DNA of 64,000 bases from Oligoflexia bacterium (GCA_963758495.1 CAVWVI010000003.1:608001-672000), one strand, 5' to 3'. Shown: positions 27,151 through 38,098, counted from the stretch's first letter. Numbers and translations are program-made. Notes: generated from the sequence alone by a model not told the origin.

Positions 27151-29018
27151 TCAACCGTCACACTTTTCGCAAGATTTCTAGGTTTATCTACATCTGTCCC
27201 TTTTAAAACCGCTCGTTGATAACTCAATAATTGTACAACGGGTGTTAAAATAAAAGGCAATAGACCAGGATCTACCGATCTATTTTCTGTGGGTAGTGGA
27301 ATCCAATGATCGCAAAGTCCTCGCAAATCTATATCGTCAGAATCACCGATACCTACAATCGTAGCGCCCCTTGCTTTTACTTCTTCCAAATTCGAGACCG
27401 TCTTATCTCTCCAGGAATCACGAGGTGCTAAAACTACGACTACCATTCCACGATCAATCATCGCGATGGGGCCATGCTTAAGCTCTCCTGCTGCGTAACC
27501 TTCAGCATAATCATATGCGATTTCTTTCAACTTAAGCGCTCCCTCTAATGCAATGGGATAGGAATATCCTCTTCCAATAAAGAAGAAGCCTTTCGCATCA
27601 ACTACTGCATCAGACGCAGCTCTTATTTGACGAACCATCTCAGAACCCTCTTCAAGTCCTCTGGCCAATAAATGAGGCAATCGAATGAGATCCTCAAAGG
27701 CCTTACAGAGTTCTTCGGAACTTCGATGCTTTCTCTTGACCCCTAAATATCCAGCGAGCACAAAAAGCTCTGCTAATTGGGCTATAAATGTTTTAGTTGC
27801 AGCCACACCGATTTCTGGTCCTGCTGATGTATAAAATACGCCCTCTGCTTCACGAACGATAGAACTCCCTCGGACATTAGAAATTCCTAACGTAGAAATT
27901 CCTCGTGCTCTCATTTCCCGAAGTACTGCAAGGGTATCTGCAGTTTCACCCGATTGAGAAATACCTAATATCACTGTTCTTGGTTTAATGACGGGATCCC
28001 GATATCTAAATTCGCTCGCAAGCTCAACACTGACAGGGACCCCCGCCCACCGTTCAATCCAATACTTACCCAACAATGCGGCGTGCCAAGAAGTCCCGCA
28101 AGCCACGAGGATCAGCTCTTCAGCTTCCTCAAGAATTTTAACTTCTGGGCCAAAGGCTAATGGAAATGGCTCTGTTTTAACTCGGTCTAAAATTCCATTC
28201 AAAGTATCAACAAGAACGGCCGGCTGCTCATGAATTTCTTTGAGCATAAAATGAGAAAAGCCACCCTTATCTAATTTCTCCACAGACCAATCTAATTTAA
28301 CTGGTCTTCTTTTAACTGACGCACCCGTCACAAGATCAAAGAACGCCATTCCATCTCGCGTACCGACGACCACATCACCATGCTCTAAGAAAGTGACTTC
28401 ATTGCAGTATCCGACTAAGGGTTGAGCATCACTTGCAATAATCCCCCCTCCATTTAAATCCTGTCCTATCACTAAGGGTGACCCATTTCTCACTCCTACG
28501 AGAACACCTGGCTCACGCTCTGACATCACTACAACACTGCATTGTCCGTGCAAACCTGAAAAGCTTCTTCTGACTGCTTCCACTAATCCAAAACCCTTTT
28601 CCATTTCATCTAAAACTAAAAATCCGAAAAGCTCCGAATCAGTTTCAGACTTTGGCTGATGTCCCCGAGAAAGGAGTTCACGTTTTATGGAAAGATAATT
28701 TTCGATAATTCCATTATGAACTAAGACTATATGTCCAGTCTTGTGTGGATGTGCATTTTGGGTAGTAGGTTTGCCATGAGTTGCCCATCGAGTGTGGCCA
28801 ATTCCGCAAGTTGCACTTTGATGTAATTCATTCTTATCACGCAACAGCTTTTCAACGTTCTGCAATCGACCTTCAGCTTTGATAATCTCAATATGATGAT
28901 TGCTCTCGAGTGCAACACCAGCAGAATCATAACCTCTATATTCAAGACGTCTTAAACCTTGAATTAAAATATCAACAGCGGGTCTACTTCCAACATACCC
29001 TACAATACCGCACATCAT
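27147..29018 (-). CDS. glmS: Glutamine-fructose-6-phosphate transaminase
   Basis: MCGIVG, GHTRWATHG, SQSGETADT, PRNLAKSVTVE. Confidence 0.98.
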   Translation of the reverse strand: MMCGIVGYVGSRPAVDILIQGLRRLEYRGYDSAGVALESNHHIEIIKAEGRLQNVEKLLRDKNELHQSATCGIGHTRWATHGKPTTQNAHPHKTGHIVLVHNGIIENYLSIKRELLSRGHQPKSETDSELFGFLVLDEMEKGFGLVEAVRRSFSGLHGQCSVVVMSEREPGVLVGVRNGSPLVIGQDLNGGGIIASDAQPLVGYCNEVTFLEHGDVVVGTRDGMAFFDLVTGASVKRRPVKLDWSVEKLDKGGFSHFMLKEIHEQPAVLVDTLNGILDRVKTEPFPLAFGPEVKILEEAEELILVACGTSWHAALLGKYWIERWAGVPVSVELASEFRYRDPVIKPRTVILGISQSGETADTLAVLREMRARGISTLGISNVRGSSIVREAEGVFYTSAGPEIGVAATKTFIAQLAELFVLAGYLGVKRKHRSSEELCKAFEDLIRLPHLLARGLEEGSEMVRQIRAASDAVVDAKGFFFIGRGYSYPIALEGALKLKEIAYDYAEGYAAGELKHGPIAMIDRGMVVVVLAPRDSWRDKTVSNLEEVKARGATIVGIGDSDDIDLRGLCDHWIPLPTENRSVDPGLLPFILTPVVQLLSYQRAVLKGTDVDKPRNLAKSVTVE

Positions 29019-30469
29019 TCCTCCTTTGGCTGTCTCAACTTCAGAGCATAACCAGGTTTATTGATCTGTCTTGCACGAGCTATCGCCATATCTCCAGGAG
29101 GTACATCCTCAGTAATAGTAGACCCCGAAGCAATAAAAGCGCCCTTGCCGACTTTAACAGGCGCAATCGTTTGACAATCACTTCCTAAAAATACTTCATC
29201 TTCAATAATGGTTCGATGTTTTCTCTCACCGCGAATCACTCTTCCGTCAAAATTACAGGTCACGAAACCGCAACCAATATTCACATTCTGACCCACGACT
29301 GCGTCTCCCAGATAAGAGAGATGAGCAATACTGGTATAATTACCTATAGTCGCTTTCTTTAATTCTACAAAATTACCTATTTTTGCTTTAAACCCAACGT
29401 GAGTATCAGGTCGAAGATGTGCGTACGGTCCCACCTGGGCTTCAGCATCAATCTTAGACTTTTCTGCAATAGTACCCGTCTTAAGCTGAGCTCGCTCCCC
29501 GACTTGTACATGAGTTAATACAACATTGGGTCCAATCACCGCACCCTTACACACTCGAGTTTCACCCCGTAAAATTGCACCTGGATGCACAATGACATCC
29601 TGTTCTAATTGGACAGTCACATCTAACCTTGTGCTTGAAGGATCAATAAATATAACTCCAGTGAGTGCCCAACTTCGAAGGCATCGCTCATTGAGAATAG
29701 AACTAATTTGAGCGAGTTCCCACGGATCATTTACACCACGTAAGTCCACTGCATTCTTCCAAGGTAAAACTGCTATTTTTTTCTTAGACTGGGCAGCACT
29801 TCCAATCAAATCCGTGAGATAGTACTCTCCTTGCACATTATGATTGGAGAGCTGTTTTAAACCCTGCATTAAAAACTTGGAATCAAAGTGATAAATGGAT
29901 GTTGCAACTTCCTGAATAGCCTTTTCCTTTAAACTTGAATCTCTCTCTTCTACAATTCTAAGAACAGGTCCACTTTTTCCCTTTCTTACAATTCGACCTA
30001 ACCCTGTAGGATCATCCATAATACAGGTCAATAGCCTGAGAGCCTCACCCTTTTTGAGTGGCAGGATCATTTGTGAAATCAGCTCCTCAGGAACTAAAGG
30101 AAGATCTCCTGGGAGAACTAGGATTTGAGACTTTTCTTTAAGCCTAGCCTCACCCCAATCTGAATCCATCGCACACCGAACTGCATGACCAGTACCCTGC
30201 TGTTTAGGCTGAAAAATAAACGTAATGTTCATTTTTTGGAAGAGAGGTTCGCTTTGAATGTAAGCCTCTACCTTCTCCCTCCCGTGGCCCACTACTATGC
30301 TCACATAAGCAGTAGGTATGACCTCGCAGACCTTAATCAATACGTGATAAAGTAATGGCTTACCCCCCATTTCATGTAACACTTTAGGTTGAGAAGAACG
30401 CATTCTTTTCCCTAAACCCGCAGCCAAAATAATGACCCCACAGTCCTGTGAATTATTAAGTTTTTCCAT
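29015..30469 (-). CDS. glmU: Bifunctional UDP-GlcNAc pyrophosphorylase / acetyltransferase
   Basis: ILAAGLGKRMRS..PKVLH, EYYLTD, hexapeptide repeats, IGNFVELK. Confidence 0.97.
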   Translation of the reverse strand: MEKLNNSQDCGVIILAAGLGKRMRSSQPKVLHEMGGKPLLYHVLIKVCEVIPTAYVSIVVGHGREKVEAYIQSEPLFQKMNITFIFQPKQQGTGHAVRCAMDSDWGEARLKEKSQILVLPGDLPLVPEELISQMILPLKKGEALRLLTCIMDDPTGLGRIVRKGKSGPVLRIVEERDSSLKEKAIQEVATSIYHFDSKFLMQGLKQLSNHNVQGEYYLTDLIGSAAQSKKKIAVLPWKNAVDLRGVNDPWELAQISSILNERCLRSWALTGVIFIDPSSTRLDVTVQLEQDVIVHPGAILRGETRVCKGAVIGPNVVLTHVQVGERAQLKTGTIAEKSKIDAEAQVGPYAHLRPDTHVGFKAKIGNFVELKKATIGNYTSIAHLSYLGDAVVGQNVNIGCGFVTCNFDGRVIRGERKHRTIIEDEVFLGSDCQTIAPVKVGKGAFIASGSTITEDVPPGDMAIARARQINKPGYALKLRQPKEE

Positions 30470-30632
30470 GAAATCAATGAGCTACCGGAATTTTTCTATT
30501 TTCTCAAGTATAGTTTTAGTCGAAATGTCATCAACACATAGAAATTCATCAAGATTATCCATCTATTTAAGAAAATGAATACCCGTGACAACTGTTTTAG
30601 TTGATATTTCTTAGAAATCCTTATAAAATTCG

Positions 30633-30660
30633 TTGTCAAAATCCTATATAGGGTTAAAAT
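30633..30660 (+). promoter_or_regulatory. Candidate sigma70 promoter for dksA-lon
   Basis: TTGTCA-N16-TAAAAT. Confidence 0.4.
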
Positions 30661-30701
30661 AGTTTGAATCATACGTGGGAATCACTATTAGTGAGGGGAA
30701 T

Positions 30702-31070
30702 ATGAGTATGGATACAAAGATCTTAGCCAAGTATAAAAAACTGCTCCTGGAAGAAAAACAACGGATCTTGAATAATTCAAAAAATGCACTTAAAAATGAG
30801 ATCGTATTGTCTCCTGACGATCTTCCTGATGAGACCGATTTGGCAGCAAGTGAAATTAATCAAAATTTAGTATTTAAATTACGGGATAGAGAACGCCAAC
30901 TTCTCACCAAAATCGACGAAGCCTTGGCTCGAATGGATGAAGGCAGTTTCGGCACCTGCGAAGACTGTGAAGAGCCCATTGAGCCCCGTCGGCTGGAAGC
31001 TCGCCCTGTCTCCACCATGTGCATTGCCTGCAAAGAACGACAAGAGCATCGCGAAAAAATCTACGCCTAA
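30702..31070 (+). CDS. dksA: DksA/TraR family C4 zinc-finger protein
   Basis: DETDLA coiled-coil tip; CEDC...RLEARP...CIAC; GAGGGG RBS. Confidence 0.9.
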   Translation: MSMDTKILAKYKKLLLEEKQRILNNSKNALKNEIVLSPDDLPDETDLAASEINQNLVFKLRDRERQLLTKIDEALARMDEGSFGTCEDCEEPIEPRRLEARPVSTMCIACKERQEHREKIYA

Positions 31071-31203
31071 ACTATGGAATTACAGTTACCATCCATTCAT
31101 TGATGTGTATGGGTGAGAAAAAACCCTAAAGGCCCCTGAGAGTTCCGCCGAATCTATATTTAGAGTCATTTATAATCGCAATGCGGCTCGAAGGAGATAA
31201 TGG

Positions 31204-33666
31204 ATGGTAACGAATTATGACGGTGAGCAGATCGAAATTCCTGAAACTTTGCCCATGCTACCCGTGCGTGACATTGTCGTATTTCCCTACATGATCATTC
31301 CACTTTTTGTAGGACGTGACTCCTCAATACGGAGCGTCGAAGAAAGTCTTTCAAGGTCAGATCGGCTGATCTTACTTTCTTCACAAAAAGACATTGGAGA
31401 TGAACATCCCTCACCAGAGGGTATTTATAAAACAGGCACCGTGGCAATGATCATGCGGATGAGAAAATTGCCCGATGGCCGAATCAAAATTTTGACACAA
31501 GGCTTATGTAAGGCCAATATCAAGGAGTTTTCACAGCTTCAGCCCTACTTCGAAGTCAAAATCGAGAAAATGACCGAACCCAACCTCGGACCTTTTCCTG
31601 AGACTGAAGCACTCATGCGTAATGTCCGTGAACAATTGGAAAAAGTCATCTCATTAGGAAAACTTCTTACTCCTGACATACTCATGGTTTTGGATGATAT
31701 CGCTGACCCAGGAAGATTGGCCGATCTTGTCGCATCCAATCTAGGACTCAAAGTAAGCGATGCACAGGCCATTCTGGAAACGATTGATCCCATTGAACGA
31801 CTTGCTAAAATTCACGATATCTTAACAAAAGAAATCGAAGTTCTATCTATTCAAGCGAAAATCCGGTCTCAAGCAAAAGATGAAATGACCAAATCTCAGA
31901 AAGAATACTTTTTAAGAGAACAGATCCGTGCCATCAAGACCGAACTAGGTGACGCGGACATAAAAGGCGAAGAAATCGGCGAATTAAAGGAAAAAATTTC
32001 TGTTTGCAAAATGCCAAATGAAGTCGAACAGGAGGCTTTTAAACAGCTAGGTAGACTCGAGCGAATGCACCCAGATGCTTCTGAAGCCTCTATGCTTCGA
32101 ACTTATATCGATTGGTTAATTGAGACTCCCTGGAGTAAACATACTATCGACAATTTAGATTTAACTCGCGCCAAAGCCATTTTAGACGAAGACCATTATA
32201 ATCTTTCTAAAATTAAAGAACGAATTCTTGAATACTTGGCTGTGAGAAAATTGAAAGATAAAATGAAAGGTCCCCTCCTCTGCTTTACTGGCCCTCCAGG
32301 AGTTGGAAAAACCTCATTAGGTCGCTCTATCGCTCGCGCACTGGGTCGAGAATTTGTTCGAGTGTCTTTAGGCGGAGTCAAGGATGAAGCTGAAATTCGA
32401 GGACATCGCCGTACTTATGTCGGTGCCTTACCTGGACGAATCATTCAAGGACTAAAACAAGTCGGAACTAACAATCCCGTTTTTATTCTCGATGAAATCG
32501 ATAAACTGGGAAGTGATTTTCGGGGTGATCCATCCGCAGCACTCTTGGAAGTCCTTGATCCAGAGCAAAACAATAGCTTCCGAGATCATTATTTAAATGT
32601 CCCATTTGACCTTTCCAATGTGATGTTCCTCGCGACCTGCAATGTTCTTGATTCCATTCCCTCTGCCTTAAGAGACCGAATGGAAGTGATCCAGCTAGCT
32701 GGTTATACTGAAGAAGAAAAATATTTCATCTCTAAGAAATATCTTATACCAAAACAAACAGTGGAAAATGGAATCAAAGACACTCAGATTGAATTTGATG
32801 ATTCCTCCATTAAAACTATTGTTTCTCAGTACACTCGAGAAGCAGGTTTAAGAAATTTAGAACGAAATATTGCAACGGTCTGTAGAAAAACTGCTCGCCT
32901 GGTAGCAGAAGGTAAAGCTGAAAAAACTTTGATTAATCAAGAACAAGTTTATCGGTTTTTGGGGCCTGCTCCCTATTTAAGAGAAGACGAGCAAGAAAAA
33001 GACGAGATCGGTATCGCTACTGGACTTGCCTGGACATCAGTCGGAGGAGAAATCCTATTTGTCGAAGTGACCCGGATGAAAGGTAAAGGTGGCATCATCT
33101 TAACTGGGCAGCTAGGAGATGTCATGAAAGAATCAGGTCAAGCAGCCCTAGGCTTAATTCGATCCCGGGCGAAAGACTTCGATTTAAATGAAGATATCTT
33201 TTCGAATACTGATATTCATGTGCACTTTCCTGCTGCTGCAGTTCCAAAAGATGGACCTTCCGCTGGAATCACGATGGCCGCAGCCATGATATCGCGTTTG
33301 ACTGGCATTCCTATTCGTAAAGATGTAGCAATGACAGGTGAAATCACTTTGACAGGTCGCGTACTTCCAATCGGCGGGTTAAAAGAAAAGGCGCTTGCCG
33401 CTATGCGGCATGGAATTAAAACGATTATTATTCCTGCAAAGAATAAAAAGGATTTAGAAGATATTCCTGAGGAATACAGACAACATCTCAAGTTTATCCT
33501 CGTAAAAAATATCGATGAAGTCCTGGATGTGGTCTTAACGCAAAAACTGTCTGCTAAAGGTCGAGAGAAATTCTCCCCTTCAAGTAATAAAGACGAAAAG
33601 CAGCTAAAAGGGCCTCGAAAAAAGGTACCAGCGGCTGCTGGCCCTGGCTTTGATAAAGCAGCTTAA
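31204..33666 (+). CDS. lon: ATP-dependent protease La
   Basis: GPPGVGKTS, LDEIDK, PKDGPSAG, GGLKEK. Confidence 0.97.
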   Translation: MVTNYDGEQIEIPETLPMLPVRDIVVFPYMIIPLFVGRDSSIRSVEESLSRSDRLILLSSQKDIGDEHPSPEGIYKTGTVAMIMRMRKLPDGRIKILTQGLCKANIKEFSQLQPYFEVKIEKMTEPNLGPFPETEALMRNVREQLEKVISLGKLLTPDILMVLDDIADPGRLADLVASNLGLKVSDAQAILETIDPIERLAKIHDILTKEIEVLSIQAKIRSQAKDEMTKSQKEYFLREQIRAIKTELGDADIKGEEIGELKEKISVCKMPNEVEQEAFKQLGRLERMHPDASEASMLRTYIDWLIETPWSKHTIDNLDLTRAKAILDEDHYNLSKIKERILEYLAVRKLKDKMKGPLLCFTGPPGVGKTSLGRSIARALGREFVRVSLGGVKDEAEIRGHRRTYVGALPGRIIQGLKQVGTNNPVFILDEIDKLGSDFRGDPSAALLEVLDPEQNNSFRDHYLNVPFDLSNVMFLATCNVLDSIPSALRDRMEVIQLAGYTEEEKYFISKKYLIPKQTVENGIKDTQIEFDDSSIKTIVSQYTREAGLRNLERNIATVCRKTARLVAEGKAEKTLINQEQVYRFLGPAPYLREDEQEKDEIGIATGLAWTSVGGEILFVEVTRMKGKGGIILTGQLGDVMKESGQAALGLIRSRAKDFDLNEDIFSNTDIHVHFPAAAVPKDGPSAGITMAAAMISRLTGIPIRKDVAMTGEITLTGRVLPIGGLKEKALAAMRHGIKTIIIPAKNKKDLEDIPEEYRQHLKFILVKNIDEVLDVVLTQKLSAKGREKFSPSSNKDEKQLKGPRKKVPAAAGPGFDKAA

Positions 33667-33675
33667 TCATGATTC

Positions 33676-33714
33676 GAAGTAGTTACTGTAAGGAACCCTA
33701 AAGGAACTGCTTAC
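33676..33714. repeat. Short derivative of the MITE (two left ends head-to-head)
   Basis: GAAGTAGTTACTGTAAGG-AA-CCCTAAAGGAACTGCTTAC with GATTCG on both sides. Confidence 0.6.
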
Positions 33715-33788
33715 GATTCGCACGAGAAAGCATCACTTTGATTTTCATTTAAATTGAAGGGTTACCGCAACCGTGCGAAAACTAAATT

Positions 33789-34940
33789 ATGACTTCATTG
33801 GAGTTATTGATTTGTGTAGTGCTCGTTTTTTTGTCCGCCTATATGTCAGCCTCGGAAATCGCCTTATTTAGTCTTTCAAAATTCCAATTGAGGTCTTTAA
33901 AAGAGAATTTTAGACCGGTTCATCGTAAAATAAAGCGCCTCTTATCGGATCCAGGGGGCTTACTCATTACCACGCTTGTTGCAAATGAAGTCCTCAATAT
34001 AGCTTTAGCGTCATTCATTACAGAATTTGTATCTCGGAATCAGGCGTCCACCCATCTAAGACTCAGTCACATCCCTGATTGGGCATCTCAAACTTTAATC
34101 GGAATTTTAATTGCAACTCCCATCATCCTTCTTTTTTGCGAGATTACCCCCAAGGTCATCGCCGCACGAATGAACCGGCTGATTGCCATACTTACCGCCG
34201 GCCCTCTCAACATCATTTATGACCTATTTAAACCCATCCGCTACGCTTTAAAAATAACTGTAGCCATGATTATTCGCCTTATCCCTTCCGAAAATAAAAG
34301 AAGAATAGTGCTCTACCCAGAAGTGAATTCAACCGATACTACGAAGCATGAGACTATTCTCAAAGAGTCCGACTTTCTTTTAATGGTCGAAGAGGGTCAT
34401 AAAGAAGGCGCGATTCAAGAGGAAGAACTTGAGCTCATCCGTAATGTATTTGAACTCAACAATACCCCTGTATCAGAAATCTCAACGCCCCTCTCTCAAG
34501 TTTTAACGTTACCTGTAACCACCACTATCAAAGGAGCCTTAGCAGCAGTTCGAAATCAAAAATATTCTCGAATTCCCATCATTGGAATGAATCGAAAAGA
34601 AATCGTAGGCATTTTATACTCCAAAGATTTACTGAGATCCAAAATTCAAGCCGACAGTTTCCCAGATACGGTAACCTCGCTCATGCGTAAGCCCTTTTTT
34701 GTTCCACCCACTATGAAGCTCAATGCTCTCTTCCGACGATTCAAACAACATAAAATCCATATGGCTATAGTCAAAGCACCCAATGGCGAAATCACTGGGG
34801 TCGTGACTATGAATGACATTCTAGATGCTCTTTTTGAAGATCTTTTTACAGAAGAGGATTTACGAAAAAAATCAGAACATCCTCCTTCACGAATGCACCC
34901 CCATCATAAGAAACAGACTTCCGGGAGAAAAATCAAGTGA
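33789..34940 (+). CDS. CNNM/DUF21-CBS (HlyC/CorC family) protein
   Basis: SASEIALFSL, CEITPK, YSRIP, CBS pair. Confidence 0.88.
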   Translation: MTSLELLICVVLVFLSAYMSASEIALFSLSKFQLRSLKENFRPVHRKIKRLLSDPGGLLITTLVANEVLNIALASFITEFVSRNQASTHLRLSHIPDWASQTLIGILIATPIILLFCEITPKVIAARMNRLIAILTAGPLNIIYDLFKPIRYALKITVAMIIRLIPSENKRRIVLYPEVNSTDTTKHETILKESDFLLMVEEGHKEGAIQEEELELIRNVFELNNTPVSEISTPLSQVLTLPVTTTIKGALAAVRNQKYSRIPIIGMNRKEIVGILYSKDLLRSKIQADSFPDTVTSLMRKPFFVPPTMKLNALFRRFKQHKIHMAIVKAPNGEITGVVTMNDILDALFEDLFTEEDLRKKSEHPPSRMHPHHKKQTSGRKIK

Positions 34941-36208
34941 TCACGCTTACAGTTTGGAAGCTCGTTGCAATGGTCACTCCACTTACAATCATAGAAGGTT
35001 TCTTTGCAGGTTCAGAAATCGCACTTCTATCTGCAGACAAACTCACCCTTATACAACAATCTAAACAAGGAAATACTCGAGCATCCTTAGCTTTAAAATT
35101 AGCAACTCACCCGGAACAAGTATTTTCAACCACCTTACTCATCACAAGCATCTGCGTCATCAGTAACTCAGCACTCATAGCTCTCTTTTTCTTAGAACAA
35201 TCACTCAAACATGCTGAATGGATAGCAGTCCTTGTCACTTCACCTCTGGTTGTCCTTTTAGGAGAACTCATTCCAAAAACAATTTACCAGAGGAATGCCA
35301 ACTTTTTGGCACCCTGGGTAGCCTATCCTATCCATTGGACGTATTGGTTATTTTACCCCATTACTCGGATTTTATCTTCTTACACAAATCGTCTCTCTCT
35401 TATCATTGGGCCTATAGAAGAGTTGCTCGCAGGAAGACGAAAAACGACTCGAGAGGAAATACGGGCACTTCTCTCATATACAAGAAATGAAACGGAGATC
35501 AAAACAAACGAAAAAAGAATGATCAAACGTATATTTGATTTTCGGTATTCCGAAGCGCAGCATGCGCTCATTCCTCTAGTCAGGGTAGACGCCATTGATG
35601 AGTCTGTTTCAGTTAAAGAAGCATTAGAAAGCTTTGAACGACATCGGCATTCTAGAATGCCTGCATATTTGGAACGCATCGACAACATCGTGGGAGTGAT
35701 AGAAGCAGTTGATATCCTATTTGCTACCGACCTGGAAGAGCCAATTAGTCACTACATCACTCCTGCCCAATACGTTCCGGAAACACAACCCCTTGCAGAC
35801 CTCATGCTTGATATGCGGCGAGAAAATCATGAAATGGCTGTAGTCGTTGATGAACACGGTGGGGCTGTCGGAATTTTGACGTTTGAAGATATTGCCGAAG
35901 AAATTGTTGGAGAAATTAGTGATGAGTATGATTACGAATCCCTGCCTTTCAAGGCAGTCTCAGAAACAAGCTGGGTCGTCAAGGCCAGCATGGAAATCCA
36001 GCAAATAAACGAGATCTTAAAACTTGAACTACCTGAAGGAAACTATGAGACTTTAAGTGGATTTTTGCTTCAACAATTTGGAAGAATTCCAGACATAGGA
36101 GATGAATTGTTCTTTGACACTCCTGCAGGTGCTTTCAAATTTACGATTCAAAAAGCTACCGAGCGACATATAGAAACCGTGCTGATTCAAAAAATGGAAT
36201 CCATCTGA
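34937..36208 (+). CDS. CNNM/DUF21-CBS-CorC (hemolysin family) protein
   Basis: AGSEIALLS, GELIPK, VVDEHGG...EEIVGEISDEYD, YETLSGF. Confidence 0.9.
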   Translation: MITLTVWKLVAMVTPLTIIEGFFAGSEIALLSADKLTLIQQSKQGNTRASLALKLATHPEQVFSTTLLITSICVISNSALIALFFLEQSLKHAEWIAVLVTSPLVVLLGELIPKTIYQRNANFLAPWVAYPIHWTYWLFYPITRILSSYTNRLSLIIGPIEELLAGRRKTTREEIRALLSYTRNETEIKTNEKRMIKRIFDFRYSEAQHALIPLVRVDAIDESVSVKEALESFERHRHSRMPAYLERIDNIVGVIEAVDILFATDLEEPISHYITPAQYVPETQPLADLMLDMRRENHEMAVVVDEHGGAVGILTFEDIAEEIVGEISDEYDYESLPFKAVSETSWVVKASMEIQQINEILKLELPEGNYETLSGFLLQQFGRIPDIGDELFFDTPAGAFKFTIQKATERHIETVLIQKMESI

Positions 36209-36268
36209 CCTATTTTTTTAAATATTTTTAACAAGAAGTCTGTACAATCATTATAAAGAGGCCATTCA

Positions 36269-36679
36269 ATGCAGAAGACAGTGCTCATTGTCGATGATAT
36301 TTCTTTCGTCAGAAAAACTCTCTCAGATATTTTAACAGCAGCACATTATCAAGTGGTTGGGGAAGCATCGGATGGCGCAGAAGCAGTGAATCTGTACGCC
36401 CAACTTCGACCCGATATTGTGACCATGGATGTAGTCATGCCCATGATGAGCGGAATTGATGCCACTCGACGAATTATCAAAGCCGACAAACATGCTAAAG
36501 TAATAATTATTTCAGCCATGGGCCAAGAAAATCTCGTTATGGAAGCGATCAACGTTGGAGCAAAAGACTATATTTTAAAGCCTTTTAGTACTGAAGACAT
36601 TTTAAAAACCGTTGAGCGAACGCTGCAAGGTGAACAAAACATCTTAGCGCGATCGACTCACCGGGAGAAACTGGGTTGA
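36269..36679 (+). CDS. CheY-like single-domain response regulator
   Basis: VLIVDD, MDVVMP, SA, KPF. Confidence 0.9.
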   Translation: MQKTVLIVDDISFVRKTLSDILTAAHYQVVGEASDGAEAVNLYAQLRPDIVTMDVVMPMMSGIDATRRIIKADKHAKVIIISAMGQENLVMEAINVGAKDYILKPFSTEDILKTVERTLQGEQNILARSTHREKLG

Positions 36680-36720
36680 GTGGGATTTAATCAATTAATC
36701 ATGAAAAGGCAGGAAGCCGC

Positions 36721-37257
36721 ATGATTGCACAGGAAGAGACAATACGAAGAGTAGTGAATGCATTACCGCATGAATTTCAATTTTATCATCTTGGAAAAGT
36801 AGAATTGCAATCCATTGATGTAAGCACTGCAAGGAGTCCTGTTGCGCCGGGAATTCAACTCTTTACGGCGCAACAGGACTCCTTGCAATTCTTGTCAACA
36901 GCCCTAGAGGAACTCATTACCATTGATTTTAAGGAAACCGATGCGATCGCGTACCATCTTTTTGGAGACTTACGAGCACTCATCATTATCCTTTTTGCAA
37001 AGGATTTAGATTTCGCGACTTATTCTGAATTGGGCAATGTACTCGCAAGTAAAATAGCCAATCAGTTGAGCTTAGACAACGGAGCAGATATTTTAATTTC
37101 TCCCCCACAACAGCTGAATCACGCTCAAATAGAGCAACTTATCCAAAATAAAAATACGGTTATCAGACGAACTTACACACACTTGAATAAAAACTCGGTT
37201 ATTCCTATAGCAACCTGGGTCTTACCGACTCCATCAGAAGGGTTTGGATATGCTTAA
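36721..37257 (+). CDS. CheC/CheX-like protein carrying an in-frame 36-codon repeat insertion
   Basis: ELGNVLAS and ISPP motifs; adjacent to cheY-like gene. Confidence 0.6.
   Translation: MIAQEETIRRVVNALPHEFQFYHLGKVELQSIDVSTARSPVAPGIQLFTAQQDSLQFLSTALEELITIDFKETDAIAYHLFGDLRALIIILFAKDLDFATYSELGNVLASKIANQLSLDNGADILISPPQQLNHAQIEQLIQNKNTVIRRTYTHLNKNSVIPIATWVLPTPSEGFGYA
36820..36920 (-). mobile_element. Palindromic MITE-like element inserted in frame in CDS
   Basis: GTAAGCACTGCAAGGAGTCC...GGAACTCATTAC, flanked by CATTGAT direct repeats. Confidence 0.9.
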
Positions 37258-37576
37258 AGCAATTGGTTCTTGTTTAAAGATTTTGACCTTTTCAATTCTT
37301 GTATTGATTTTAGGAAATTGGTTCAAATGGGATGGCAGAACGATTTCAGATCAAGTAAAGTTTCACATGGCTCATGCTGAACGTTCCGAAACACTGAATA
37401 CGGTTCGTGAATGGGCACAGAAAATCACTCATGAAGCAAGCAAAGGGGCGCATATTAAATCCATCCATTTCTCCTCTCCTATGACTGTCACAGTACCCGA
37501 AGAGATTTCCCCTTCCGAAAGACAAAAACTTAGAGCACTCATCCAAGAACTCAATAGTTCACATAAAAAAGATTAA
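37250..37576 (+). CDS. Hypothetical protein with N-terminal TM helix
   Basis: ORF overlapping upstream stop; hydrophobic N-terminus. Confidence 0.7.
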   Translation: MLKAIGSCLKILTFSILVLILGNWFKWDGRTISDQVKFHMAHAERSETLNTVREWAQKITHEASKGAHIKSIHFSSPMTVTVPEEISPSERQKLRALIQELNSSHKKD

Positions 37577-37593
37577 AAACCCCAAATTTGATT

Positions 37594-37624
37594 AAAAAAA
37601 ACCCACTTCATTTCTGAAGTGGGT
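37594..37624 (-). terminator. Rho-independent terminator of HU gene
   Basis: ACCCACTTCA-GAAA-TGAAGTGGGT followed by T run on minus strand. Confidence 0.8.
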
Positions 37625-37659
37625 CATCACTTTCATTCAATCGAATGATTCGTATTGAG

Positions 37660-37932
37660 TTATTTCAAACTGTCTTTGAATTCACGTCCTGGGCGAAATT
37701 TTGGAACTGTCATCGCAGGAATCTTAATCTCTTTGCCAGTCTGAGGATTACGACCAATACGAGCTTTACGCTTGGTCTTCGTGAAGGTGCCAAAACCGAT
37801 TAAGGTAACATCATCACCCTTTTTCACACTCTTCTTAATCGTATCTAACGTAGTATTTAAAACCATTTCTGCATCTACTTTGGTCATCTTCGTGTTCTTT
37901 GCCACTGCTTCGATCAATTGAGCCTTGTTCAT
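37660..37932 (-). CDS. hup: HU family DNA-binding protein
   Basis: MNKAQLIEAVA...GFGTF...RIGRNPQTG; AAGGAG RBS. Confidence 0.96.
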   Translation of the reverse strand: MNKAQLIEAVAKNTKMTKVDAEMVLNTTLDTIKKSVKKGDDVTLIGFGTFTKTKRKARIGRNPQTGKEIKIPAMTVPKFRPGREFKDSLK

Positions 37933-38098
37933 TGTGTCTATCTCCTTAACATGTTGATTACGTGTCACTGACTTACCCCAAATTATTACTTCCTTGGAGG
38001 TATCCCCTTCACGAGGCTCCATGCGGCAAGCCAAACCTAACTAGCTTGAGATGATGTCCAAATACGGGGTCTCTGTCAACGCCAGTTTTAAAAAAAGT

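Noticed and set aside
29015..29100. glmS ribozyme
   Set aside because: glmS start overlaps the glmU stop; there is no leader
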